Part shown: in pieces, positions 1 through 12,726 of the stretch
How positions within the stretch are numbered: position 1 is the first letter of the stretch
Layout: each line of letters begins with the position of its first letter
Source: Macrostomum hystrix
Lineage: Eukaryota > Animalia > Platyhelminthes
Assembly (NCBI GenBank): GCA_950097015.1
Contig: CATNEN010000011.1
Span: 868,001-932,000 of the forward strand
Direction: 5' to 3'
Length of the DNA stretch: 64,000 bases
The notes under the pieces: generated by a model
Databases searched by the model: none
The model's input: the letters and a program-made list of their open reading frames with translations, nothing else
Told to the model about the DNA's origin: nothing
Program-made: the position numbers and the translations under genes

Positions 1-595
1 GGCTCGTAATATCGCTATGTAGCTCGTATAACATATTTTATTCATGAACACAATGGTTTATACTCGTATATTCACATCGATAAACAGAAAAAAGACCATA
101 TTTATAATTAGACTGTCTGCTTTATTAAATGCTTTTTGCACTCTTTATTTGCACATTTTATAGTTATAGTTTAATATTAAAACTGTTAGTTCATACTTTT
201 ACTTTGCCGTGAAATCTGATGTGAATAATTTTAACAAAACATAAAGTTAAAGATTGTCTTTAATTCAAAATGACACAATAATTACTTCACCAAAGTGGCC
301 TATTGCTTTGTAAATTCTTGATCAAATTAGTAGATAGTCTCACCTATCTTTCAGTAAGAAATTGCTTAAAATACTTAAAATGTAGGTTTTTGTTACTCGT
401 ATATTTAACATCATGACTTATTTAAAATGCATGGTTTCAATGTTTGCCTAACAGTGCGTTTCTAATTGTCAACAATTGAATAAATGGCAAGTATGGACGC
501 TTTGTGAAAGCCGAGACTTTTTCTAACGTTTGAATCTTGAGCTGTTTTTGTACTAATTTATGTTCCTTTAGAACGGGTCGACAAGCTTCGACGAA

Positions 596-1045
596 TCTCT
601 CCCCAGTCTTGTCTCTCTGCCAGTCTCATCTCTCCCCTGTGTCATCACTCCACTATCTTGTCTCTCTCTTGTCTTACCTCTCCCCTGTATCATCTCGCCC
701 CTGTCTCATCTCTCCCCAGTCTCGTCTCTCTTATGTCTCATCTCTCCCCAGTCTCGTCTCTCTTATGTCTCATCTCTCCCCAGTCTCGTCTCTCTTATGT
801 CTCATCTCTCCCCAGTCTCGTCTCTCTTATGTCTCATCTCTCCCCAGTCTCGTCTCTCTTATGTCTCATCTCTCCCCAGTCTCGTCTCTCTTATGTCTCA
901 TCTCTCCCCAGTCTCGTCTATCTTATGTCTTATCTCTCCCCAGTCTCGTCTCTCTTATGTCTCATCTCTCCCCAGTCTCGTCTCTCTTATGTCTCATCTC
1001 TCCCCAGTCTCGTCTCTCTTATGTCTCATCTCTCCCCTGTCTTGC
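596..1045. repeat. 32-bp (2x16) minisatellite CCCCAGTCTCGTCTCTCTTATGTCTCATCTCT
   Basis: About 13 tandem units; reverse complement related to GAGACAGGGGAGAGAT. Confidence 0.95.
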
Positions 1046-1777
1046 CTCATAAGTTTTTTAAAATGATTATTTTGTGCCGAAATAGAAACGAGTGAAGTTT
1101 GTTGACGTCCGATTTAATTGCACCCAATTAAGGGCGAATAATTGGAGAGATAAGCTGAGCTGATAGGTGCTAATTAGCAGGGAACATTTTTTAGTGGCTG
1201 TCAACCTAGTCGACTCGATTAGATTTGATTTCAATCTCCAATTAATTAACCTTTTAATATGAAAGAAGTTATATATAATGATTGTGAAGAGTTCTTTTAA
1301 TTACAACGATCCGTTAATGTCAAAAGTTTCGTCGAAACTTCGATATGCTAAAACCTAGCAAAGCAAGTACACCGACGGACAGTATAAACAAGAACAAGTT
1401 GTCTTTTTTATAAGTTATAATAAAGTCGTCGAGATTGCTGAAGAGTTCAGTAGAGAATGCCCCTCCCTATATGTACACTATACCTGAAGAATAAATATAT
1501 GCAGCCTAAGCCAAAGAGCAGTAACAGAAACAGTTGGCAATGGGCAGACATAAAGCTCTGACTGCGGTTGCTATGCTAATGCTGCAGTGTCTAATGCCGA
1601 TAATAGACGAAAAGTATGAAAGCAGAATAAGGGTAGGACAAAGTGGGCTGGCTTTGAATGCAAATTATTGTGGTGAATAGCTGAGAAAAAAAGTGTGTCA
1701 AAGCAGACAAAACTAAAACCAACTATGATGAATTTTGTAGCTACTTTATATTATATTCAGTAAAAAAGCACTGCACT

Positions 1778-2052
1778 ACAGGTAACACTACTATCTAACA
1801 GGTGACACTCCTATCTAACAGGTGACACTCCTATCCAACAGGTGACACTCCTATCTAACAGGTGACACTACTATCTAACAGGTGACACTACTATCTAACA
1901 GGTGACACTCCTATCTAACAGGTGACACTCCTATCCAAGAGGTGACACTCCTATCCAACAGGTGACACTCCTATCCAACAGGTGACACTCCTATCTAACA
2001 GGTGACTCTACTATCTAACAGGCGACATTTCTATCTTAGAGGCGACACTCCT
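1778..2052. repeat. 20-bp minisatellite ACAGGTGACACTCCTATCTA
   Basis: About 13 tandem units. Confidence 0.95.
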
Positions 2053-3189
2053 GTATTTAGGGATCTAGGGATAAATTCACAATAATCTGCGTATCTGGCT
2101 TTGAGATAACCAGGACAAAGGTAGGAGACAAAGAGGAACATTGCGAGTACTTTTTTATTAGAAACCATTGTGAGATGGTGTGTGAGTGTGAGAGAGAAAT
2201 AATCTGTAACATGACAACTAGCTGTAAAAACGGCTAGCGTAACACTTCGTGAGCCATTGACGAGAGCCAGCGAGCAATTGATGTCGGGTTGAATAGCTGC
2301 AGAGCAAACAGACAGCCAATGAGCTATGAGGAAAGAAATCTGATAGGAGGATAAAAACTACAGGAGTAAAATCCCCCATTGTCGTTTCTTAAAGTTGACT
2401 CTAGAAACGTAAGACTAAGATGTCTTTCGCACCTGTAAATTAAAATCTATTTACAAACCCGTCTAACAGATGAAAAAGGATTTTTCTAGGAAATGCAGAC
2501 ACAATCGCAAAGAAGAATCGGGCCATGACCTTTGCACGAGTCTTCTCAGCACGTTTTCCAAGATTTGAGAAGTGGGCTTTTCCTTCACACCTGAAAAATC
2601 CCCATTCGCTATTTCTAGTCGACTCAACTTTCTTGGCGCATAAGTGACGCCTAGGCCAGGGCAGGGACAATTCTCCCTTTTCCTTCTCCAGAATAAACTT
2701 CCCAATATGAGTTGGCGCCCTCGCGATGTCACATTCGCGTCCTGGTAACTAGAATTGCCCATCAAGGAAAGTGGGAGTGGAATGAGAGTTTGGACAAAGT
2801 GATGCTGAAATAGCAGGTCGGATGTTTGCTAAGGTCCGATACAAAACAAAATAGCGTGGAGCGCTTTTAACGTTTGCACTTTGTAAGCGATTAGCTAAAT
2901 GTCAGTGTCAGTCATTTTAGTCTGACAATTCTGTCACTCAATTAAAATATAGACTAGTGGAAAATATTTTCTAATATAGATTTTTTGAGCGATCGATCGT
3001 ATTTCGTAGAAAAATTAACCGACAGAAGTCAATGTATATACGACTTGAAACTATATTTTACGTTATAAAATCAGTAAAATCAGAGTAATCAATTGCTAAA
3101 ATTATCGACTTAGTAATCTGAAGACTGAGTATTATCGATTAGTTGAGTTACTGATTAATATAGCTCGTAGTTATAGATCAATTGTGCTA

Positions 3190-3706
3190 ATGATTGGTAG
3201 AATTATCGATTTTTTGAGTTACTGATTGGTAGAATTATCGATTCTTTGAGTCACTGATTGGTAGAATTATCGATTCTTTGAGTCACTGATTGGTAGAATT
3301 ATCGATTCTTTGAGTCACTGATGGGTAGAATTATCGATTCTTTGAGTCACTGATTGGTAGAATTATCGATTCTTTGAGTCACTGATTGGTAGAATTATCG
3401 ATTCTTTGAGTCACTGATTGGTAGAATTATCGATTCTTTGAGTCACTGATTGGTAGAATTATCGATTCTTTGAGTCACTGATTAGTAGAATTATCGATTC
3501 TTTGAGTCACTGATTGTTAGAATTATCGATTCTTTGAGTCACTGATTGGTAGAATTATCGATTCTTTGAGTCACTGATTGTTAGAATTATCGATTCTTTG
3601 AGTCACTGATTGGTAGAATTATCGATTCTTTGAGTCACTGATTGGTAGAATTATCGATTCTTTGAGTCACTGATTGGTAGAATTATCGATTCTTTGAGTC
3701 ACTGAT
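3190..3706. repeat. 32-bp minisatellite GATTGGTAGAATTATCGATTCTTTGAGTCACT
   Basis: About 16 tandem units. Confidence 0.95.
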
Positions 3707-4569
3707 TAGAAAAGTTACGAGTAGAATTCAAAATTCATTTATTTATTGATAAGATTATTATAATCCGAATTTACATTACTAGTAATCACCTATACTTATT
3801 ATTCGTGAAAGGGTTCCAATCTCTCTCTTGATAGTCAGTTTTAGCAAGTAGTCAAATGTCTTCTAGCAACTCTTTCTCAGGCCGCCTACCGAAATTAGCT
3901 ACAAGAAGCAGCCGATTTAGGATTCATCAACGGAATTCTTAGCCTAAAAAGCAACCAAAAAATATAGCGCCTCAGTCTTTCATCGCAAAAGAGCTTTAAG
4001 TTCATACAGGCAACTACACTGAAAGCGCTACTTTTACGATTGCATGGAGTTTGTAGGTTGTTTGCACAAATGAAACATTACTTCTATAATAATGTGAAAT
4101 ATTACCCTAATAATGTAAAGTTCTTAACCCGAGCAGTGTTTTTCGTCACTTATTTTTTAAAGCTAATTAAAAAACACCAAAGAAAAACGAATATGAATAT
4201 CTGAAATCTACAGTGTTTGTAATCAGCAAACGCAGGGGGGTTACTTTGCACCTGAGAACCTTACTGCATAGCTGCGGGATAATTTGAATTTAAATAACAA
4301 AGCAGGTGAAAATCAGTGGCACAGGAAGTTTGTCAACTGTGCCTGATTATGCAGTCAAAATTGCCCACATGGAAATGCTTGGATTTGCATGGAATTTGCA
4401 TTGCTCATAGACTCAACGTTGAAAGTGACCAAAGTATAACAAACTCAATAGTAGTGTACTATCTAGCCTACTAGAAAACAGATCTGAAGTAAATAAAAAA
4501 ATGCTCCCGAAGAGTGTGACATAACATGCAGATCAGAAGGACTGGCTGTTCAAGCCGACGATCTGGAAG

Positions 4570-4940
4570 AGTAGCGGTAAGGGTTTGAGGATCCGAGGGA
4601 GTAGCGGTAAGTATTTGAGAATCTGGGAGAATAGCGGTAAGGGTTTGAGGATCTGGGAGAGTAGCGGTAAGGGTTTGAGGATCTGGGAGAGTAGCGGTAA
4701 GGGTTTGAGGATTGGGAGAGTAGCGGTAAGGGTTTGAGGATTGGGAGAGTAGCGGTAAGGGTTTGAGGATTGGGAGAGTAGCGGTAAGGGTTTGAGGATT
4801 GGGAGAGTAGCGGTAAGGGTTTGAGGATCTGGGAGAGTAGCGGTAAGGGTTTCAGGATCTGGGAGAGTAGCGGTAAGGGTTTCAGGATTTGAGTGAGTAA
4901 ACGTAGGGATTTGAGTATCTGGGAGGTAACGGTAGGGATT
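4570..4940. repeat. 29/30-bp minisatellite GAGAGTAGCGGTAAGGGTTTGAGGATCTGG
   Basis: About 12 tandem units. Confidence 0.95.
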
Positions 4941-5551
4941 TATTATAGCAATAATTGACGCCTAAGTAATAGAGGTGTGTGATAATTCACTTTGAATTGA
5001 CAAGAAAGCAAAAAAGAAACAAAAAATTAATTATTCTACATTAATGCTCATTAATGTGGAAGAGCAGTGACAATTTATAAGCACCGAAGTTATAAGTTTG
5101 TTTATTATGTTTACAAAATTAAAAATATTATGAATGTATTGCGCTAATTAAATCATCACGAAATCCAAAATAAATTATGTAAAACAGTTTTTCCACCACT
5201 AAAAATCCAGGAATTCGATATTCACGTTCACAAAAGACCACATTCTTTCATTTTGCTGTTTTATTTAGCTGCCATAATGAAATTCATTTTTTTATACCAA
5301 TACGGCCAAAACAAACAAATGGACAAATAAAATAAATAAAAACAGCTTCTCATCATTTTCGAATTGAATATTAATGTATTATAAGCTACCATTTTAGTTT
5401 TTCATGTTAAACTGTCTTTAAATGCTAAATTGATAGAGCAAAATATTACGAAACAAAAAGCCATGTATTTACACCGTTTAAAATAAATAGTGTAGATATT
5501 CATTTTTACTTACTATTAGTAGGTAAGTCAGCTAGCATTGGAAAAGAAAAG

Positions 5552-8500
5552 CTAGACAAGTTCATACAGCAGTAGGTAGGCAGCAGATGCAACACCGGGG
5601 CTAATTAGAAATCTTTCAATATTGCCGCAATCTGTAACGCTGTGATCGTCGCAATTGTACCAGCGACCTTGGCAACGGCACAGAGCTGTGTAATGACCGC
5701 TGTTAGTACTGCCACTGCCCTCATGCAGAATCAGTCCGCTTAACTCGTACACAGCAGCAGCAGCAGCAGCATCCAGATCAGACGAATTCCTGCTTAGCAA
5801 CAGACTGGAGCAGTCTAATCTGAGCGGGATCTTCACCTATGGGAGAATTTGTGTGTGTAGATACGATTGTTTTATCCTCTTTGAAAAATCTACGGTCTTA
5901 AACACGGGTCGGCAACTTTGTGTATCCCACGTACAAAGAAATGATGTACATCACTGCAGCAGGTCACGGGAAATGTAAAGATATGAGACGGGGTTAGAGA
6001 CACTAGGCAGAGAGATGGGACAGAAGAGGAGAGATATTAGACAAGGAAGATAAGACACGGGAGAGATAAAACAGAGGGAGATGAGACAGAGGAGAGATAA
6101 GACACGGGGAGAGATGAGACAGAGGAGAGATGAGACACGGGGAGAGATGAGACAGAGGAGAGATGAGACAAGGTGGAGATAAGACACGGGGGAGATAAGA
6201 CACGGGGGAGATAAGACACAGGGAGAGATGAGACACGGGGAGAGATGAGACACGGGGAGAGATGAGACACGGGGAGAGACGGGGAGAGAGAAAGTGCACT
6301 TCAGAATCTACGATTGGTTCTATAGGCTGAGATTCGAACTCCCGACGTATTGGTTAGAATTCAGAAGCTCCACCAACTAGGCTAAAAGCCTATAGTTACA
6401 AATGCTTTTATAACAAATAATTGCCAACCTGTCGCTCATTCTTGGTGAGGCTTAGGTGAGAATTGCCGCCACTGGCGGGAACGCATCGCATTAGCTGCAG
6501 AGCTAATAGTCGGGGCAGTTTTCCAAACAGCTGGCACTTCTGGTAGGGCTGGCCTCGACGAATCGGCGTAGCGGCGTGGTAGGGACTGGACGAGCCAGCA
6601 GCCACCGGCGTGGAGGTCATGGTCATGCGGCGCTGCACGTGCTGCAGCTGGCGATGATTGTTGTTCAGGCGCCATTCCGGATCCTCAGCAGCAGCAATTG
6701 GCGAATCCGCCGCGGAGGCGGCGCAGAAACTGCAGCGAAGACCGCCGAGACTTTCTAGCTGGCCGACACTGTTCGATAGGCAGTCTGTCAGGCTGACGGG
6801 CTGCAGGAGTCAGTTGGTAAGAGGACTTTTGGCGATGGGATAAGGAACAGTTGGGATCAGAAGTGAGAATTTGGGATCAGAAGCATGGATTTTGGATCAG
6901 AAGTATGGATTTTGGATCAGTAGTATGGATTTTGGATCAGAAGTATGGATTTTGGATCAGAAGTATGGATTTTGGATCAGAAGTATGGATTTTGGATCAG
7001 AAGTATGGATTTTGGATCAGAAGTATGGATTTTGGATCAGAAGTATGGATTTTGGATCAGAAGTATGGATTTTGGATCAGAAGTATGGATTTTGGATCAG
7101 AAGTATGGATTTTGGATCGGAAGTATGGATTTTGGATCAGAAGTATGGATTTTGGATCAGAAGTATGGATTTTGGATCGGAAGTATGGATTTTGGATCAG
7201 AAGTATGGATTTTGGATCGGAAGTAAGAATTTGGGATCAGAACTAAGCCTTTGGGCTTCAATTTAATAGGTTGAATGCGGTATCAGAAATCCCAATTCGG
7301 GACAAGAATGATAAATTTGGATAAAAATTTGGAATCTTGGAAAAAAACTTGCGTTCAGAAATCTGAATTCGAGGGGGGTCGGTGGCAGAGCGGTTAACGC
7401 GTTTGCCTCTCGCACCAAAGTCCCTAAGTTCGATTCCACGGCTAGGCCACATTCATTTGGGGCGCAGCCGTGGAGAGAAGGCTTGATGGCTTGTGGTGAA
7501 ATTTACGTCCTTGAGGACCAACCTCCAAGGCGCAGTGAGTGTACACTGCCTGACGATGAGGAAGTCAGGGCAGATGTACACACCTGTGTGAGCGTTTGCA
7601 TGCGTGCGGAATCTGTGAGCGTGTGTGCTCAGGAGTCAGTGAAATGGGCAGAATTGCCTCCTCGCAGTTTGCAGGTATTTTGTCACTAAATGGTGTGCCA
7701 TTGCCCGCAGCCCTCCTGCAATTATTATTATTATATTATTACTATTATTAATTTGAATTCGAGATTAGACATCTGAAATTGATAGAAATCAAGATGTGCG
7801 ATTAGAAACTGAGGATTAGGGGATTTCAGAAGATCAGTAATTAGAGGATTAACAACACCCCAAGAGAAAGTTCTGGGCTACTCACACAAGGATCAATTCT
7901 GGCTACTCACACAAGGATCAATTCTGGCTACTCACACAAGGATCAGTTCTGGCTACTCACACAAGGATCAGTTCTGGCTACTCACACAAGGATCAATTCT
8001 GGCTACTCACACAAGGATCAGTTCTGGCTACTCACACAAGGATCAGTTCTGGCTACTCACACAAGGATCAGTTCTGGCTACTCACACAAGGATCAGTTCT
8101 GGGCTACTCACACAAGGATCAGTTCTGGCTACTCACACAAGGATCAGTTCTGGCTACTCACACAAGGATCAGTTCTGGCTACTCACACAAGGATCAGTTC
8201 TGGGCTACTCACACAAGGATCAGTTCTGGCTACTCACACAAGGATCAGTTCTGGGCTACTCACACAAGGATCAGTTCTGGCTACTCACACAAGGATCAGT
8301 TCTGGCTACTCACACAAGGATCAGTTCTGGCTACTCACACAAGGATCAGTTCTGGGCTACTCACACAAGGATCAGTTCTGGCTACTCACACAAGGATCAG
8401 TTCTGGGCTACTCACACAAGGATCAGTTCTGGCTACTCACACAAGGATCAGTTCTGGCTACTCACACAAGGATCAGTTCTGGGCTACTCACACAAGGATC

Positions 8501-11131
8501 AGTTCTGGCTACTCACACAAGGATCAGTTCCGCCAACCGGTTCCAACGGCAGCGGCACAGGCAGGGCCAGCACGGCCTGACACTTGGCGCTAAGCCGATG
8601 GCAAGCTTCGCACAGGATCAGGTCAACCATCTGGCCTTCCATCGCCGCACCCAGCGGGCTGCGGCACTCGCCTAGTCGGCGCTCCAGCCAGTGCAGATCA
8701 GCCAGCCGGACTAGGGAGGCCGAGCAGGCGCGGTTAGCCAGGCCGGATGGAATGTCAGCCGGCTGATGGGCGAAGGTCACCTCTAAGCTGGCCGAATCCA
8801 GCAGCCTTAGCCGCGCGTCCGATGAACGAATCATGTCCACATCCGGGTAGGCGCGGCTCAGCCTTTCTAAAGTCGGCGTCCAGATTGTCGCATCGAAGCC
8901 GTTGGAGACGACGGAGTTTCTGCTGGCTTCAAGCAGGGCGTCCAATAGTAAAGTGAAGAATTCAACTGCGTCCTGCTGCTGCTGCGGCAGGCCGAGTGGT
9001 TGAACCAGCGGGCAAAGCTGGGCGAGAGCTCGTCGAAGCTGCTGAGTATCTAGGAGATCAAGACGGTGATGCTGCTTCCGCGAGGCGAAATGATGGTCAT
9101 CTAGGTGATCTTGTTGACTGGCCAGTCGACTTTGTTGTTGGATTCGATGACGACTGTAAAATAATTATATGACGAGTCTTATGAACACAATCTGTGCATA
9201 TCTAGTGTCCGACTAAGCTTAATTGGAGGGGGTGAGTGGCAGAGCGACCTAAAGCGATTGCCTCTAGCACCAAGATCCCACCTACATGACACAACCTACA
9301 AGGCACAGTGAGAGTGTACACTGCCTGGAGATAAGAACGTCGGGGCAGATGTACACACCTGTGAGCGTGGGCACTCAGGAGTTAGCGAAATGGGCGGAAG
9401 AATTGCCTCCTTGCTGGCTACGGGTCTACTTTCATTAAATGATGTGCCATTGCCTGCAGCTCTCCTGCAATTTTGGTATGCTTAATTGAATGACAGTTGT
9501 CCAATACTCTTTTTGTGAAGTTCCAACTGCATTAATAGAGACAGACATACGCTAAATCTGCTCATAAAGCTAGTTATAGGATATGAAGATTTAGTATACT
9601 AGACTAGCAAAACAACCCCCATAGAATTAAATCTCGGATGCCGATTACTCACCGATCAGCCAAAGCTTGCATGGCATCCAGTACAGCTTCGTGAGTAACA
9701 GAAGCGGATCGATTTCTACCGCAAGACCGCAGAGCTGACACAAAGCGATCATTGTTAAGTAGTAACTGCAGGCAGGCATTCATGAAGCACGAGTTGCTGC
9801 CAAGATTCACAAAGCCTACTGGTCTCAGGAGCTCTACGACCAACTGCTGTTGATCCTGCAACGGTGGCTGGCCAACAAAGCGACGACACAGGTTGCTAAT
9901 CACGCTACCGCCAGTGCCTGCGTTAGGCGATGGTTGCCATGCCAACGCCTGTGTTGATGAAAGGGTTCCTGCAGCCGCTGCATTTATTATACGATTATTG
10001 TAACCAATCTGTGGCGTAGCGCAAGTTCCAGATTGAGCTCCAGGTGCTAGGTAGTTGGCACTGCCACCGCTGTAACCATAGCCTTGCTGCCATGCCTGCG
10101 GTTCTGGCCACTGCTGCAGATTTTTTAAAGAAAGATTGATATCTAGTGTGCGCGAGTGAAGCGAAGTGGGATTTAAGCCTAGTAGCTTAGTAGCTCGGAC
10201 TTTCGAGTTGAAGGTCAAGGGTTCGATTCCCGGCTCCAATGGAACAAATTGAATCCTTTAGCAAGACAAATTACTCTGTTTTGCTTCCGTTCACTCAGCT
10301 GTTAAATGGGTAACAGTATTGGCCGTGGTAATTGAGGGTGGGTGTGGCGCCCCCCAGTCCATGGACTGAACAACGGTAAACAGCCTTCTGAAGCGCCGCA
10401 CAGTAGCTGAGGCTGTGCTGTCGGCTGCACCTCTGGCCAAATTAGGAGCTAACTAATTTTTGTAGCGAATATACATAGCAATGACACCTAGCCAAGCAGG
10501 ACCAGATGTACAGCCAGTGACAGTCGCAGCTATGTACAGCTTTTCAGTCTGTGGACTAGGGAGGCTGTCACATCAACCTGAATTTCTACGCCACAACTAA
10601 TGCTGATAATAATAATAATTACAGGAGGGGTGTGGGCACCGGCGTATGGCAGTTTACGCTTAAACTGGTTTAATAAGTTGCGTGAAATTCCACTAATTTT
10701 TCTCTCTGCGGCTGTTGAACCCAAAATCGAGTTCAGGGCTTATAGGAACCCCGTCGTTTTATAAGGGCTGAGATTCGAACTCACGACCTTTCCGTAAATC
10801 TTGACTTCGTGGCTACAGCCCGGGTTTGTTTAAACCGACCAATACAAAACAAACTAAATATTACCTGCAGCCGGCGCGATCGCCACAGACACCAGAGACG
10901 ATGCAAGTAAAATCCAACGGCCAGAAACGCGGCAGCTATTCGGCGCGCCAGCGCAACAATTTCTTGCTGGCCTAGCCACACTCTCATCAGGCCGTAAGCC
11001 ACGTTGCAGGCCGATAGTGTCCACAGTAGCATCGGACTTATGTTTAAGGTGTAGCGAATAGAACCAGCTACGACTGCCAGAAGGCTGCCTTCGACTAGGA
11101 AGTAGTGCCAGGTTGTAGCACCTGGGATCAT
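5552..11131 (-). CDS. Ubiquitin-specific protease (peptidase C19), USP30-like, 5 exons, about 666 aa
   Basis: Exons 11131-10865, 10113-9653, 9153-8538, 6800-6429, 5836-5552 join with GT-AG ends and matching phases (0,2,0,0). Cys box GFVNLGSNSCFMNACLQLL, QQQDAVEFF motif, CEAC and CSFC Zn pairs, GKLPRLLALQLMR, His box HEGSGSTNSGHYTA and WYNCDD. A hydrophobic N-terminal exon and a K..L.GKLP..L...L.R segment resemble USP30; orthology not tested. Confidence 0.88.
5983..6290. repeat. 16-bp minisatellite GAGACACGGGGAGAGAT-type, in the USP intron
   Basis: Degenerate tandem units of the same family as 57140-57868. Confidence 0.9.
6851..7243. repeat. 20-bp minisatellite TTGGATCAGAAGTATGGATT
   Basis: About 19 units, intronic. 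Confidence 0.95.
7372..7750 (+). mobile_element. tRNA-derived SINE, family A
   Basis: A box TGGCAGAGCGG, B box GTTCGATTC, body shared with 9225-9475 and 31076-31415, 3' end CCCTCCTGCAAT(TAT)n. Confidence 0.85.
7870..8530. repeat. 25/26-bp minisatellite GTTCTGGCTACTCACACAAGGATCA
   Basis: About 26 units, starting a few bp inside the intron donor at 8537. Confidence 0.95.
9225..9475 (+). mobile_element. tRNA-derived SINE, family A, internally deleted
   Basis: Same head, GTGTACACTGCC...GGCAGATGTACAC hairpin and CTCCTGCAAT end as 7372-7750. Confidence 0.8.
10165..10445 (+). mobile_element. tRNA-derived SINE, family B
   Basis: GGTTCGATTCC B box, CCTTTAGCAAGAC..CAGCTGTTAAATGGGTA and CAGTCCATGGA shared with 15405-15610. 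Confidence 0.8.
10606..10795 (-). mobile_element. tRNA-derived SINE, family C
   Basis: The minus strand reads GGTCGTGAGTTCGAATCTCAGCC (B box) to CCCCTCCTGTAATTATTATTATT; a similar head occurs at 6325-6390 (-). Confidence 0.6.
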
Positions 11132-11219
11132 TCTGGAGCGATAAATAACATTGTAATTATGTAAAATAGTACCGAGACAAGACAGCAAATATTGATTTTA
11201 TACCCCTGGCAATTCTTTG

Positions 11220-12096
11220 GGAATAGGGAGATTCTCTGTAGATTGGGGATTCTTTGTGGGTTGGGGAGATTCTCTGCGGATTAGGGAGATTCTCTGTGGA
11301 TTAGGGAGATTCTCTGTAGATCGGGGAGATTCTCTATGGATTAGGGAGATTGTCTGTGGATTAGGGAGATTCTCTGTGGATTGGGGAGATTTTCTGTGGA
11401 TTGGGAGATTCTCTGTGGATTGGGGAGATTTTCTGTGGATTGGGAGATTCTCTGTGGATTAGGGAGATTCTCTGTGGATTAGGGAGATTGTCTGTGGATC
11501 GGGGAGATTCGCTGTGGATTAGGGAGATTCTCTGTGGATTTGGGAGATTCTCTGCGGATTAGGGAGATTCTCTGTGGATTAGGGAGATTCTCTGTGGATC
11601 GGGGAGATTCTCTGTGGATTAGGGAGATTGTCTGTGGATCGGGGAGATTCTCTGTGGATTAGGGAGATTCTCTGTGGATTAGGGAGATTCTCTGTGGATT
11701 AGGGAGATTTTCTGTGGATTGGGAGATTCTCTGTGGATTAGGGAGATTCTCTGTGGATTAGGGAGATTCTCTGTGGATTAGGGAGATTCTGTGGATTAGG
11801 GACATTGTCTGTGGATCGGGGAGATTCTCTGTGGATTAGGGAGATTCTCTGTGGATTAGGGAGATTCTCTGTGGATTAGGGAGATTTTCTGTGGATTGGG
11901 AGATTCTCTGTGGATTAGAGAGATTCTCTGTGGATTAGGGAGATTGTCTGTGGATCGGGGAGATTCTCTGTGGATTAGGGAGATTCTCTGTGGATTAGGG
12001 AGATTTTCTGTGGATTGGGAGATTCTCTGTGGATTGGGGAGATTTTCTGTGGATTGGGAGATTCTCTGTGGATTAGGGAGATTCTCTGTGGATTAG
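11220..12096. repeat. 19/20-bp minisatellite GATTAGGGAGATTCTCTGTG
   Basis: More than 40 units between PUS1 and the USP gene. Confidence 0.95.
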
Positions 12097-12726
12097 ACGC
12101 AGTTTTCTGTTCTTCAGTTGAATCTAGGCCGATTGCCTAATACAGTCGAGACTTAAATTGGAAAAGCAGTTATTAAAAATAAACTTACGCCTCATGCTGA
12201 AGCAGCACTTTAAATACACAGTCGATAGCTAGGAAGAAAATGTACTGCAGCGCAGCGTACAGGATGCTTTGAGCAGCATAGTGCAGCAGCCAATAAAACG
12301 GCTCAAACAGAAGGGAATACAGCATCTGGAAGGTTAAAAAAATCAATCATGCAGGATTTCACGCCCTTAATTACATTATATTATAATCGGTGATAATAGT
12401 TTCTCTCTTTCTATTTTCCACCCACAATTCTATTCTGCAAAGTCCTATCATTGAAGAACTAGCATTAGTTGACTTAATTAGTAAAATTACAAAATATAAA
12501 TGATGAAAAAGGCTTGGAATTTCCAATACTCCAAAAATCTGGCAGCCACCATAGCGTTTAAAAGAGCTAACACGAATTCAGCAAAATGTTTATAATTACA
12601 GCTTAATGACCGATCAGGGTCTGAATTTAGTTACTTGATAGTTAATAAACAATTTAAAGCAATGCAATAAAATGCACATCGCCATTAAGAAGCCAATTTA
12701 TAGGCAGTTTTTTATTGTTTTTAAGA

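Noticed and set aside
2440-2765. Overlapping short minus-strand ORFs in a GC-richer patch
   Set aside because: No recognisable motif or consistent splice partners.
7372-7445. Possible tRNA genes here and at 10170, 15405, 31076
   Set aside because: A/B boxes are present but no complete cloverleaf or acceptor stem is evident, and each continues into a shared SINE body.
7545-7650. Hammerhead ribozyme in SINE family A (CTGACGA ... GAAA)
   Set aside because: I could not build stems II and III around the core. The CTGAC pairs with GTCAG in a simple hairpin, and the deleted copy has lost the motif.
7870-8530. CRISPR-like appearance of 25-36 bp repeat arrays (here and elsewhere)
   Set aside because: Units are head-to-tail without unique spacers, there are no cas genes, and the context is eukaryotic.
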